Shown here in pieces: positions 39,915 through 51,389 of a stretch of 64,000 bases of DNA; within the stretch, counting starts at the first letter, position 1; every line of letters starts with the position of its first letter. Below the pieces are notes generated by a model. It saw nothing but the letters and a program-made list of their open reading frames with translations. It made no database searches and was not told where the DNA came from. Location: the NCBI RefSeq assembly GCF_963921235.1, contig NC_086097.1, forward strand, positions 181,290,001 to 181,354,000, written 5' to 3'. This stretch comes from Mobula hypostoma (Eukaryota). Made by a program: the position numbers and the translations under genes.

Positions 39915-41276
39915 CTAGCAGAAGTTAGAGAAGTCAATGTTCATGCCATCAGGTTGGAGGCTACCCAGACGGAATACAAGGTGTTGTTCCTCCAACCTGA
40001 GTGTGGCTTCATCTTTACAGTAGAGGAGGCCGTGGATAGACATGTCAGAATGGGAATGGGATGTGGAATTAAAATGTGTGGCCACTGGGAGATCCTGCTT
40101 TCTCTGGCGGACAGAGCGTAGATGTTCAGCAAAGCGGTCTCCCAGTCTGCGTCGGGTCTCACCAATATATAAAAGGCCACATCGGGAGCACCGGACGCAG
40201 TATATCACCCCAGTCGACTCACAGGTGAAGTGATGCCTCACCTGGAAGGACTGTTTGGGGCCCTGAATGGTGGTAAGGGAGGAAGTGTAAGGGCATGTGT
40301 AGCACTTGTTCCGCTTACACGGATAAGTGCCAGGAGGGAGATCAGTGGGGAGGGATGGGGGGGATGAATGGACAAGGGAGTTGTGTAGGGAGCGATCCCT
40401 GCGGAATGCAGAGAGAGGGGGGGAGGGAAAGATGTGCTTAGTGGTGGGATCCCGTTGGAGGTGGCGGAAGTTACGGAGAATAATATGTTGGACCCGGAGG
40501 CTGGTGGGGTGGTAGGTGAGGACCAGGGGAACCCTATTCCTAGTGGGGTGGTGGGAGGATGGAGTGAGAGCAGATGTACGTGAAATGGGGGAGATGCGTT
40601 TAAGAGCAGAGTTGATAGTGGAGGAAGGGAAGCCCCTTTCTTTAAAAAATGAAGACATCTCCCTCGTCCTAGAATGAAAAGCCTCATCCTGAGAGCAGAT
40701 GCGGCGGAGACGGAGGAATTGCGAGAAGGGGATGGCATTTTTGCAAGAGACAGGGTGAGAAGAGGAATAGTCCAGATAGCTGTGAGAGTCAGTAGGCTTA
40801 TAGTAGACATCAGTGGATAAGCTGTCTCCAGAGACAGAGACAGAAAGATCTAGAAAGGGGAGGGAGGTGTCGGAAATGGACCAGGTAAACTTGAGGGCAG
40901 GGTGAAAGTTGGAGGCAAAGTTAATAAAGTCAACGAGTTCTGCATGCGTGCAGGAAGCAGCGCCAATGCAGTCGTCGATGTAGCGAAGGAAAAGTGGGGG
41001 ACAGATACCAGAATAGGCACGGAACATAGATTGTTCCACAAACCCAACAAAAAGGCAGGCATAGCTAGGACCCATACGGGTGCCCATAGCTACACCTTTA
41101 GTTTGGAGGAAATGGGAGGAGCAAAAGGAGAAATTATTAAGAGTAAGGACTAATTCCGCTAGACGGAGCAGAGTGGTGGTAGAGGGGAACTGATTAGGTC
41201 TGGAATCCAAAAAGAAGCGTAGAGCTTTGAGACCTTCCTGATGGGGGATGGAAGTATATAAGGACTGGACATCCAT
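39915..41276 (-). CDS. Penelope-like RT (C-terminal part) + GIY-YIG, uninterrupted 453 aa, 5'-truncated
   Basis: MDVQSLY, GVAMG, YIDD, Cys linker CKRNKCYTC, VIYCVRC..LYIGET..RF.EH in a single frame. Confidence 0.88.
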   Translation of the reverse strand: MDVQSLYTSIPHQEGLKALRFFLDSRPNQFPSTTTLLRLAELVLTLNNFSFCSSHFLQTKGVAMGTRMGPSYACLFVGFVEQSMFRAYSGICPPLFLRYIDDCIGAASCTHAELVDFINFASNFHPALKFTWSISDTSLPFLDLSVSVSGDSLSTDVYYKPTDSHSYLDYSSSHPVSCKNAIPFSQFLRLRRICSQDEAFHSRTREMSSFFKERGFPSSTINSALKRISPISRTSALTPSSHHPTRNRVPLVLTYHPTSLRVQHIILRNFRHLQRDPTTKHIFPSPPLSAFRRDRSLHNSLVHSSPPSLPTDLPPGTYPCKRNKCYTCPYTSSLTTIQGPKQSFQVRHHFTCESTGVIYCVRCSRCGLLYIGETRRRLGDRFAEHLRSVRQRKQDLPVATHFNSTSHSHSDMSIHGLLYCKDEATLRLEEQHLVFRLGSLQPDGMNIDFSNFC

Positions 41277-41882
41277 GGTCTCAAAGCTCTACGCTTCTTT
41301 TTGGATTCCAGACCTAATCAGTTCCCCTCTACCACCACTCTGCTCCGTCTAGCGGAATTAGTCCTTGCTCTTAATAATTTCTCCTTTTGCTCCAGAGAAA
41401 GCAGGATCTCCCAGTGGCCACACATTTTAATTCCATATCCCATTCCCATTCTGACATGTCTATCCATGGCCTCCTCTACTGTAAAGATGAAGCCACACTC
41501 AGGTTGGAGGAACAACACCTTGTATTCCGTCTGGGTAGCCTCCAACCTGATGGCATGAACATTGACTTCTCTAACTTCTGCTAGGCCCCACCTCCCCCTC
41601 GTACCTCAGCTGTTACTCATTTTTATGCACACATTCTTTCTCTCACTCTCCTTTTTCTTCCTCTGTCCCTCTGAATATACCTCTTGCCCATCCTCTGGGT
41701 CACCCCCCCCCCCCGCCGTCTTTCTTCCTGGACCTCCTGTCCCATGATCCTCTCGTATCCCCTTTTGCCTATCACCTGTCCAGCTCTCGGCTCTATCCCT
41801 CCCCCTCCTGTCTTCTCCTATGATTTTGCATCTCCCCCTCCCCCTCCAGCTTTCAAATCCCTTACTCACTCTTCCTTCAGTT

Positions 41883-41918
41883 AGTCCTGACGAAGGGTCT
41901 CAGCCTGAAACGTCGACT
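41883..41918 (+). ncRNA. Minimal type I hammerhead ribozyme motif
   Basis: AGTC CTGACGA AGGGTCTCAGCCT GAAA CGTC GACT; one change, in the stem II loop region. Confidence 0.78.
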
Positions 41919-44319
41919 GTGCCTCTTCCTATAGATGCTGCCTGGCCTGCTGCGTTCACCAGCAACTTTGATGTGTGTTGCTAACAGGGGAAGTTGCTCT
42001 CAGATGGCAGGGGTAGGCAACCATGGCTGACAGGGGAAGTTGCTCTCAGATGGCAGGGGTAGGCAACCATGGCTGACAGGGGAAGTTGCTCTCAGATGGC
42101 AGGGGTAGGCAACCATGGCTGACAGGGGAAGTTGCTCTCAGATGGCAGGGGTAGGCAACCATGGCTGACAGGGGAAGTTGCTCTCAGATGGCAGGGGTAG
42201 GCAACCATGGCTGACAGGGGAAGTTGCTCTCAGATGGCAGGGGTAGGCAACCATGGCTGACAGGGGAAGTTGCTCTCAGATGGCAGGGGTAGGCAACCAT
42301 GGCTGACAAGGGAAGTTGCTCTCAGATGGCAGGGGTAGGCAACCATGGCTGACAGGGGAAGTTGCTCTCAGATGGCAGGGGTAGGCAACCATGGCTGACA
42401 GGGGAAGTTGCTCTCAGATGGCAGGAGTAGGCAACCATGGCTGACAAGGGAAGTTGCTCTCAGATGGCAGGGGTAGGCAACCATGGCTGACAGGGGAAGT
42501 TGCTCTCAGATGGCAGGGGTAGGCAACCATGGCTGACAGGGGAAGTTGCTCTCAGATGGCAGGGGTAGGCAACCATGGCTGACAGGAGAAGTTGCTCTCA
42601 GATGGCAGGGGTAGGCAACAATGGCTGACAGGGGAAGTTGAAGACTGTATAAAAGCCAAGGCAAGAGCATATAAGGTAGCAAAATTGAGTGGGAAGTTGG
42701 ATGATTGGGAAGCTTTTAAAATCCAACAGAAGGCAACTAAAAAAAGACTCTAAGAAGGGAAAAGATGAAATATGAGGGTAAACTTGGCAGTAATATAAAG
42801 CAGGATACTAAAAGTTTTTTCAGTTATATAAAGGGCAAAAGGGAGGTGAGAGTTGATATTGGACCACTGGCAAATGAGGAGGGTAGTAATGTGGGACAAA
42901 GAAATGGCAGATGAACTTAATAGGTACTTTGCATCAGTCTTTACTGTGGAAGATGTGAGCAGTGTGCCAGAGGTCCATGAGTGTCGGGGAGCAGGGGTGA
43001 GTGCCATTGCTAATACAAAGGAAAAAGTGCTTGACAAGCTGAAAGGTCTAAGGTGGGTAAGTCACCTGGACCAGATAGACTACATGCCAGAGTTCTGAGA
43101 GAGGTTACAGAGAGATAACTGATCCATTGGTTATGATCTTTCAAGAATCACTTGATTCTGCCATGGTCCTAGAGTACTGAAAGATGGCAAATGTCACTCC
43201 ACTCTTTAAGAAGGGTGGAAGGCAAAAAAATGGAAATTATAGGCCCATTTGCCTGACCTTAGTAAATGAGAAAGTGTTGGAGTCTGTTATTAAGGCTGAA
43301 GTTTCAGGGTACTTGGAGACTAATGAAGAAATAGGTCAAAGTCAGCATGATTTCTGTAAAGGGAAATCTTGCCTTACAAATCTATTAATTCTTTGAGTAA
43401 GTAACAAGTAGGGTGGACAAAGGAGAGGCAGTGGATGTCATTTACTTGGATTTTCAAAAGACATTTGATTAGGTACCACACATGAGGCTGCTTAACAATA
43501 TAAAATCCTATGATGTTACAGGAAATATACAGGCATGGATAGAGGATTGGCTGACAGGCAGGAGGCAGTGAGTGGAAATAAAGGGGGCCTTTTCTGTTTG
43601 GCTGCCAGTGGCTAGTGGTGTTCCTCAGGGGTCAGTATTGGGACCACTGCTTTTCACATTGTTTGTCAGTGCTTTAGGTAGTGGAATTGATGGCTTTGTG
43701 GCCACATTTGCGAATGATACGAAGATGGGTGGTGGGGTAGGTAGTGCTGAGGATGCACGGTGTTTTCAGCAGGACTTAGACAAATAGGAAGAATGGGCAA
43801 AAAAAAAAGTGGCAGATAGAATATAGTGTTGCGAAATGTATGATCATGCACTTGGGTATAAGGAGCAATACTGCAGACTATTGTCTAAATGGGGAGAAAA
43901 TTCAAACATCACAGGTACAGAGGGACTTGGGAGTCCTTGTGCAAGACTCCAGAAGGTTAATTTACAGGTTGAGTCTATGGTAAAGAAGGCAAATGCATTG
44001 TTGGCATTTATTTCAAGGAGAATAGAATATAACAGCAAGGAGATAAAGCTGAACGTTTATAAGGCACTACTTGGGTCGCACTTGGAGTATTGTTAACAGT
44101 TTGGGGCTCCGTGTCTCAGAACGGATGTGTTGTTATTGGAGGGAGTACAGAGGAGGTTCACAAAGATGATTCTGGGAACGAAGGGGTTAACATATGATGA
44201 GCATTTGGCAGCTTTGGGCCTGTACTCACTGGAATTTAGAAAAATGCGTGGCGATCTCATTGAAACCTACGGAATGTTGAAAGGACTAGATAGGGTGCTG
44301 CTGGTGCTGCCTTGTTCAA

Positions 44320-44820
44320 AAAGGTGATACTAAGGATCCAGGTAAGATCATCCGTGATGTGAACTCTGAGGAACTGGGTGCACCTAACTCTCTGTCTATG
44401 GAGGAGTCATGTATTTGCAGAGGGGATGGTCCATCTGCACCATCTTGAAGTTCACAGAGTAGACAAAGGAAATCAGTATGTTCAGGCTTGGATTGTTCTT
44501 TTCACACCAATCTACCAGCCACCCCACTTTCCCTCTCTACTCCATCTCATCATTGTTCTCGATGACGCCAAACACTGTTGTGTTATCCGCAAACTTAATG
44601 ACACAGAGCTGAATCCTGCGACGCAGTCATGCATCATCAGTGTGAACAGCAGTGGGGTGAGCACACAGCCTTGGGGATCCCAGTGCTCAGAGTAATTGGA
44701 CTCGAGACATTGCTGCCCACGTGGACTGACTGTGGCCTTGCTGTTAGGAGGTGCAGTATTCAGTTACAGAGGAAGATGTTGAGACCCTCAAGGACAGCTT
44801 CCCCGCCAGTTTCTGCTAAA
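44320..44820 (-). mobile_element. Rex1/Babar-type RT fragment, decayed
   Basis: Reverse complement shows ccccaaggctgtgtgctcaccccactgctgttcacactg and aagtttgcggataacacaacag (PQGCVL.P, KFADxTT). Confidence 0.7.
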
Positions 44821-45069
44821 CATGCAATGTGGTAACCTTTAATGTGTATTATTTATTTATTTATTTATTGAAATACAATGTGGAACAGGCCCTTAGAGCC
44901 CTGCCGCCCAGTGGCCCACCTATTTAACACTAGCCTAATCAGGGACAATTTACAATGACCAATTAACCTACCTGCTGGTATGTCTTTAGACTGTGGGTGG
45001 AAATCGGAGAATTAAATTCAAGCTTAATTGTCATTTAACCATGTATGAATACTCATGAATACAGCCATT

Positions 45070-45093
45070 GACTATGACTATGACTATGACTAT
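45070..45093. repeat. (TGACTA)4 microsatellite
   Basis: tgactatgactatgactatgacta. Confidence 0.9.
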
Positions 45094-48000
45094 AAATGAG
45101 ACAGCGTTACTACAGGATCAAGGTGAAAAGACACTTTGCCAGCAGTAACACACAGTAAGCACACACAAGTTCACAATCACGTAATCAGAGTCCCGAGGTC
45201 CATCCCATATATATATATTTTAGTCCACTGATAACATCTGCGACTAGCCACTGACACCTGCGAGGAGAATCCGTGGCCTTGAGGCCTAGCCCTTGTACAT
45301 ACAAAACACAACCAGACGAATACACACTGTATGTATATATTCCAGGTCCCTCCTCAGTCCATTTTAAATCTTCAGTTGGCACAACTGTGCTATGCTGCCC
45401 TGACAGAGTGTGGTGGCTCAGGTGCTTCAGCTTCAGCAGCTGAAAAGCAAGTGACCCTGCAGCTTGAGGCCCGAGCCCACTGAGTGCCACTAAAAAATCT
45501 GCAGTCAGCCACAACAGAGCTTGTCTTCTGCTAAGCGAAACCGTGGAAGGGCACCTCTGACTCGGTTCTGGACACCACGTCACACAGCTCCTGTTGAAGC
45601 ACAATGGCTTTATCCCCTCACTTTGGTGGCTGCAAACAGGCAACATTGTCCTTGTCCTTGCTATGGCCGAAGACTCAGCCCCCTCCATCCACCCCTGCAC
45701 GCATCTTAATCACTCAGCGAATCAAACTTGTGGTGTACCAGATTAACAATGTCCAAAGGGGTCTTGCGATCACAAGAAAAGCGACCATGATGGTCACTTG
45801 CTATTTGACTGTAAGCCCCCATCGACTTGGGCAGCAGAATGTTGCGCTGCTCTTTTGTTATCTCCACCAGCGAGCAACTCGCTGATGGTGTAGACCTACA
45901 GTCCTTTGAGTTCTGAATGAATAGCAGGATCTTGCAATCATTAGACGTACGTTTAAGTACAATGGTAGCATCTTTTGTTTATCCCGTAGAAGCCACTATG
46001 GCCAATCTTGCCATGATCTAGCTGGAGCCCGGAGGAAACCCACACCAACACAGGGAAAGTGTACGAACTGCTTACAGATAGCGGCGGGAATTGAACCTGA
46101 GTCACTGATAGTGCAAGCCATTGTGTCAACCTTTTTGCTGCCTTGCTGCCCCACAGTATTTATCATGATCAAAGTACATTTATCATCTATGTGTATATTA
46201 TGCAACCCTAAGATTTGTCTCCTTACAGGCAGGCACAATATGAAAAACAGCAAAAGAACTTTAAAAAAAAACTATCTAAAACCAAATGTGCAGCGAGGGG
46301 AAAAAATGGGGAAACAATAAGAGTAAGCAAGCAGCTTCAGAACTGAAGTTTTACGAAAGACATGAAAGCAGGCCGGAGCAGGCCACAGGTTCAGTTCAGC
46401 ACGGAGCTGAATAAACATTGCGGAGCGGTGACCAGAATTGGCCCTTGCCTTGCTACTGGTCCTTATGCCCTAACCTTTTCAATTTGGCCTGACGCTTAAA
46501 TTGTCCAAACATTGGGTCATTTTCACTGTCACTCTTGGATCGCTCGGGGCCCGAGCACCCCTGCCACGATTTGGCCTGTATCCAACCTTTCCAATTCATG
46601 AAGGTACATCAGCAGCTCGACTTCAGTATCAGCTTAAGGAGCTTTGATATGTCATCAAAAATTCTTGCAAATTTCAACAGATGTATGGAGGAGAGTATTC
46701 TGAATGTTGCATCACAGGCTGGAATGGCAGCTCCAATGTTCAGGACTGAAAGAGGCTGCTTGCTGGTGGCAGATAAAGCAAAGGAAACAACTAAGTACTT
46801 CATCAATTACACTTTTTCTGCTAAATGATCACTGCAGACAATAGACTAACTTCCCTGTCGGAGCTGAGCTTTTGAACAGCCTGTACGACCTGGCATTTTT
46901 GCAGTAGAAACTGAAGTCTCGAAATGCAGCAAGGTGTGTACGGGCTGAATCAGGGTGGTGGGTTCTGGACCAGAGGGTGGGGGATGAGCCAATGTTTGGC
47001 CATTGCTGGACAAAACTTGGAGGTAGTTTGGTTCTGCAGAACCAAGGCAAGACAAGTGGAGGCAGTGCAGAGTAGAGATGGCGGGGCCTGGACCTGAGCC
47101 TCAGAGTGAGGAAAGACCAGAAATTTGATCAATTTAAGCACTGAGTGAATTGGAAAATTTGGGTACGTGCTGAATTGAGGTGGTGGGGCACTGGTTTGAG
47201 AGTATTGAAGCAGCAGGGTCTGGGTCCGAGAGCAAGGTCTGGATGATTTAAGTGCTGGGCCAGATTGAAAAGGACAGGGTGTCGGGGTTGGAGACGAGTC
47301 ATGGGCCAGTTCAGATTGTTGCTCCGCAAGGTTTACTCATCAACTCGTTACTCCACAAGGTTTATTCATTTCTCCACTGAACTGTGGCCTGCAACTATCA
47401 CAGTGTGAACAACTGTTATGAACCTCAGTTCTGAATGCTATTTGCTTGCTTTTATTGTTTGCAAGGGTTTTTCTTTTTTTTTCCTCTCTGCACATTGGGT
47501 GTTTGATGGTCTACTTTTGTTTTAATGGGTTCTATTAGGTTTCTTTGTTTTGTACCTGCCTATAAGAAGACAAATCTCAAGGTTGTATAAAATATACATA
47601 GTTGGATAATAAATGTACTTTGACTTTGACATCAGGGGAAGCCATGACTGTGCCTTGCCTCTCCCTTTGCTCACCTCTACCATGCCTTCCCTGCACCCCC
47701 GCCACCACTTACCTCTGCTTTCCTCGACTATTTCTCGCCTGTGCCTCAGCCTGTGCTTGACTCTCCATTATTAGCTGTGATCATTATTAATAAAGTGTTA
47801 TTAATGTAGTTAGAAGTTTTCTTTGTTTTGTTTTTTGCTACTGATGAGAAGTCGCTGGGCATCACCAGCGCCATCTTAAGCTTTTAAGACCATAAAGAAG
47901 GTGTGGAAAGATGAACTTGAATGGCACAGAGAATAGGGGATCTCAATTCTGTTCATAGATTGGGAATTGTGAGGGCTGATCTCTCGACTGAGAAGGCTGC

Positions 48001-48144
48001 GATTGTTAAATGTCTAAAGGTGGAGTGAATGTCAACGGATGAAAGGGACAAAAATCCGAGACAAGGCATCTAAGGAGCTAGAACCATAGAACACACAGCA
48101 CAGAAAACAGGCCATTCGGCCCTACTAGTCTGTGCCGAAACATT

Positions 48145-48837
48145 TGTAGCCCACCTGGCCAACCTCAGGGTCGCTCGGCTCGCTGTCGTCTAGGGAAACA
48201 GCCCTTGGCCCCGCCAAACTGGGTAATTAGTTTGTGTGGATGCTGTGTGATGTACCCCACCCTGCCCAAATAACAGACAATACACCAGATACGATTAAAT
48301 GATTTACAGTTTATAGATATTACTGGAACTATATAATTAATAGAGAATAAAATATAAAAGGAAAATAAAAGGTGCCACACTTCTCAAAGTTCAATCTCTT
48401 TGTGCACAAACAGTTGGAGCTCAGGACCCTTCTTCTTCACCCTGCGACCCCTCGGACCACCTCGACCGGCTGCCTGGGACCAACAACGGTGGTCGACCAG
48501 ACGCTCCACACGAGTCTGTCTCAGCCTCCTCTCCTCACCGAACGCCCCGCTCGGGGTCCGACTCTGTTAGTGGACTCACAGCACCTGGTCCATCCTCTGT
48601 TTCTCTCTCCCACCTTCTGCCCCAAAAACCCACGCATACAATATTTTACAGACACACCAAAGCATAACAACTATCGCAATTGGTTCATTCTTATCAATAG
48701 ATAATCCAAAACAAACTGCTAACGGGAAGGACTTTCTCAGCAGTTAACATAACAAAGAAGCCCTGTCAATTATAACATAACAAAGAAGCCATTTTAATTA
48801 GACTACTCAGTGACATAAAAAAAAGAAACCCCTTACA
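48145..48837. mobile_element. Solo LTR-like element, 693 bp
   Basis: TGTA...TACA termini; 4-bp TSD CATT (48141-48144, 48838-48841); flanks rejoin into a continuous CR1 3'UTR. Confidence 0.8.
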
Positions 48838-49377
48838 CATTATTCTGCTGGTCCCATTGACCTGCATCCAGTCCATAACCCTCCAGACCTCTCCCATCCA
48901 TGTACCTATCCAATTTATTCTTAAAACTTAAGTGATCCTGCATTTACCACGTCAGATGGCAGCTCGTACCACACTCCCACCACTCTCTAGAGTGAAGAAG
49001 TTACACCTAATGTTCCCCCTAAACCTTTCCCCTTTCACCCTAAAGCCATGTCCTCCTATATTTATCTCTCCTAATCTAAGTGGAAAGAGCCTATTCACAC
49101 TTACACTGTCTATACCCCTCATAATTTTGTAAACCTCTATCAAGTCTCCCCTCATTCTTCTACGCTGCAAGGAATAAAGTCCTAACCTGTTCAATCTTTC
49201 CCTGTAACTCAACTCCTGAAGACCCGGCAACATCCTAGTAAACCTTCTCTGCACTCTTTCAATCTTACTGATATCCTTCCTATAGTTAGGTGACCAGAAC
49301 TGTACACGATACTCCAAATTTGGCCTCAGCAATGTCTTATGCAACCTCCCTATAACATCCCAACTGCTATACTCAAT

Positions 49378-50360
49378 TATTCTCATATTATACAACATAT
49401 TATTCTCCGTAACTTCCGCCACCTCCAATGGGATCCCACCACTAAACACATCTTTCCCTCCCCCCTCCCCCGCTTTCCGCAGGGATCGCTCCTTACGCGA
49501 CTCCAGTGTCCATTCGTCCCCCCACCATCCCTCCCCACTGATCTCCCTCCTGGCACTTATCCTTGTAAGCGGAACAAGTGCTACACATGCCCTTACACTT
49601 CCTCCCTTACCACCATTCAGGGCCCTAGACAGTCCTTCCAGGTGAGGCGACACTTCATCTGTGAGTCGGCTGGGGTGATATACTGCGTCCGGTGCTCCCG
49701 ATGTGGCCTTCTATATATTGGCGAGACCTGACACAGACTGGGAGATCGTTTTGCTGAACACCTACCCTCTGTCTGCCAGAGAAAGCAGGATCTCCCAGTG
49801 GCCACACATTTTAATTCCACATCCCATTCCCATTCTGACATGTCTATCCACGGCCTCCTCTACTGTAAAGATGAAGCCACACTCAGGTTGGAGGAACAAC
49901 ACCTTATATTCCGTCTGGGTAGCCTCCAACTTGATGGCATGAACATTGACTTCTCTAACTTCTGCTAATGCTCCACCTCCCCCCGTACCCCATCCGTTAT
50001 TTATTTTTATACACACATTCTTTCTCTCACTCTCCTTTTTCTCCCTCTGTCCCTCTGACTCTACCCCTTGCCCATCCTCTGGGTTCCCCCTGCCCCTTGT
50101 CTTTCTCCATGGGCCTCCTGTCCCATGATCCTCTCATATCCCCTTTGCCAATCACCTGTCCAGCTCTTGGCTCCATCCCTCCCCCTCCTGTCTTCTCCTA
50201 TCATTTTGGATCTCCCCCTCCCCCTCCCATTTTCAAATCTCTTACTAACTCTTCCTTCAGTTAGTCCTGTCGAAGGGTCTCGGCCTGAAACATCGACTGA
50301 ACCTCTTCCTAGAGATGCTGCCTGGCCTGCTGCGTTCACCAGCAACTTCGATGTGTGTTG
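49378..50360 (+). mobile_element. Penelope-like insertion 3 (5'-truncated, GIY-YIG + 3'UTR, mutated)
   Basis: HIILRNFRHLQ..CKRNKCYTC..LYIGET then premature TGA at 49729; TSD tgctatactcaat at 49365-49377 and 50359-50371; hammerhead core mutated (CTGTCGA, GAAACATC) at 50263-50298. Confidence 0.93.
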
Positions 50361-51389
50361 CTATACTCAATACTTTGATTTATGAATGCCAGGATACCAA
50401 GAGAGTTGACATCATCTTTTTTGATTCAGGGAATCAATGACTTGAAATCTGCTTTCAGAAAGGGTCATAGAATCAAATTCAAACTGGTTCTATGTCAGTG
50501 TGGAGTGATGGTAGTGTTGGATGGGATGAGGAGCTATGGGGTGATAGAGTTGGGGCAATGGAACAGTCTGCCAAGGTAATAGGATGGGGTTCTCTGGAGT
50601 GTGAGATGGGATGGTGAGGGTGTGGATTGTTGGAACTGGGGATGTAGAGTGGGGTGATGGAACCAGGAAAGATGGTTCCAGGACAGCTGGCTGCTGGTGG
50701 TGTAGTGGACAGCAAAAGTTGGCAGACTTGCTCTGAGGGAGAGTAAGGGGCTAGCAGCTGGAGTGATGGGAAGATGGCGAGGGTAAAGTCATATGTGTGT
50801 ATGTTGGTGCTTTTGTTGCACTGTCAAACCTGGTCTCCAGTTGTTGCAGCAAAGACCTTGCTCTCTCGAATCCCTGAGGTAGTTTCTATTCCGTCATCGT
50901 CCTCTGTTTAAGGAATTCCCACATGTACATCTTCCCCCTCCTTGGATCTGGGGTGAGAACAAGCCATCTTCAGTGCCAAGACTCCCTAGGGAATTGGTTC
51001 CAGAGTAAAAGTTCTGAGTGAGCAGGTCCTTGTTTTGCTGTCTGATTGTGCTTTTTTTTTTGTCATGAGATTAGTTTTGCCAGCATGAAGTGCAATCGGG
51101 TCAGCCATTATAGAGAACGAACTTTTTGCAAATTCTGCTCAAACTGAAATGGTGTCTTGTAAACACACTTGCTGCTTCAGCCAAGATTATTGTTGATGTC
51201 AACTGGTGCACTGTCTATCTAGGAACAGGACTTGACTGTATGACCCCTGAGCCTTCTGTGCCTCTCAGTAAAATCATGGCTGATCTTCTGCCTGCCTTCC
51301 CTGCGGTCACCCTACCTTCCCTGTGCGCACCACTCAGCAGTAACTCCACTTCAGGAAAAAACTGTTTTTCTTTTGAATATTCTGAGTGA

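Larger units (their letters stand above)
39491..41980 (-). mobile_element. Penelope-like retroelement insertion 2 (palindromic)
   Basis: Minus body 39491-41277, fold-back 41277-41392, inverted 3' arm 41393-41980; TSD (g)ctaacaggggaa at 39478-39490 and 41980-41992. Confidence 0.95.
39399..42636 (+). repeat. 46-bp tandem repeat, 16 units (2 left + 14 right of the Penelope insertion)
   Basis: Unit gttgctctcagatggcaggggtaggcaaccatggctgacaggggaa at 39399-39490 and 41993-42636. Confidence 0.97.
35430..44295 (+). mobile_element. Near full-length decayed CR1 LINE (ORF1 + ORF2) hosting nested insertions
   Basis: ORF1 remnants 35621-36510; APE start (LKVLYLN..SIHNKV at ~36700, VVMGNFN); continues 39142-39490 and 42637-44295 with RT motifs (GVPQGSVLGPLLF, FANDTK, HLEYC). 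5' boundary approximate. Confidence 0.9.
48080..50400 (-). mobile_element. CR1 3' fragment interrupted by a solo LTR and Penelope insertion 3
   Basis: [25 protein letters not shown] in ORF 48952-49653; CR1 sequence resumes at 50361-50400. Confidence 0.88.

Noticed and set aside
41993..42636. Regular repeat array resembling a CRISPR locus
   Set aside because: Units are head-to-tail with no unique spacers, derive from CR1 ORF2, and the context is eukaryotic with no cas genes
45185..45700. 171-aa minus-strand ORF
   Set aside because: No recognisable motifs; appears to lie within decayed interspersed repeat sequence
48952..49653. 233-aa ORF suggesting a fusion protein
   Set aside because: Accidental read-through from antisense Penelope sequence into a CR1 remnant across an insertion junction
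50263..50298. Fifth hammerhead copy as a functional ribozyme
   Set aside because: Core mutated (CTGTCGA) and stem III palindrome broken (GAAACATC)
50490..50790. G-rich stretch with recurring gatgg motifs
   Set aside because: Low-complexity sequence with no definable period or structure
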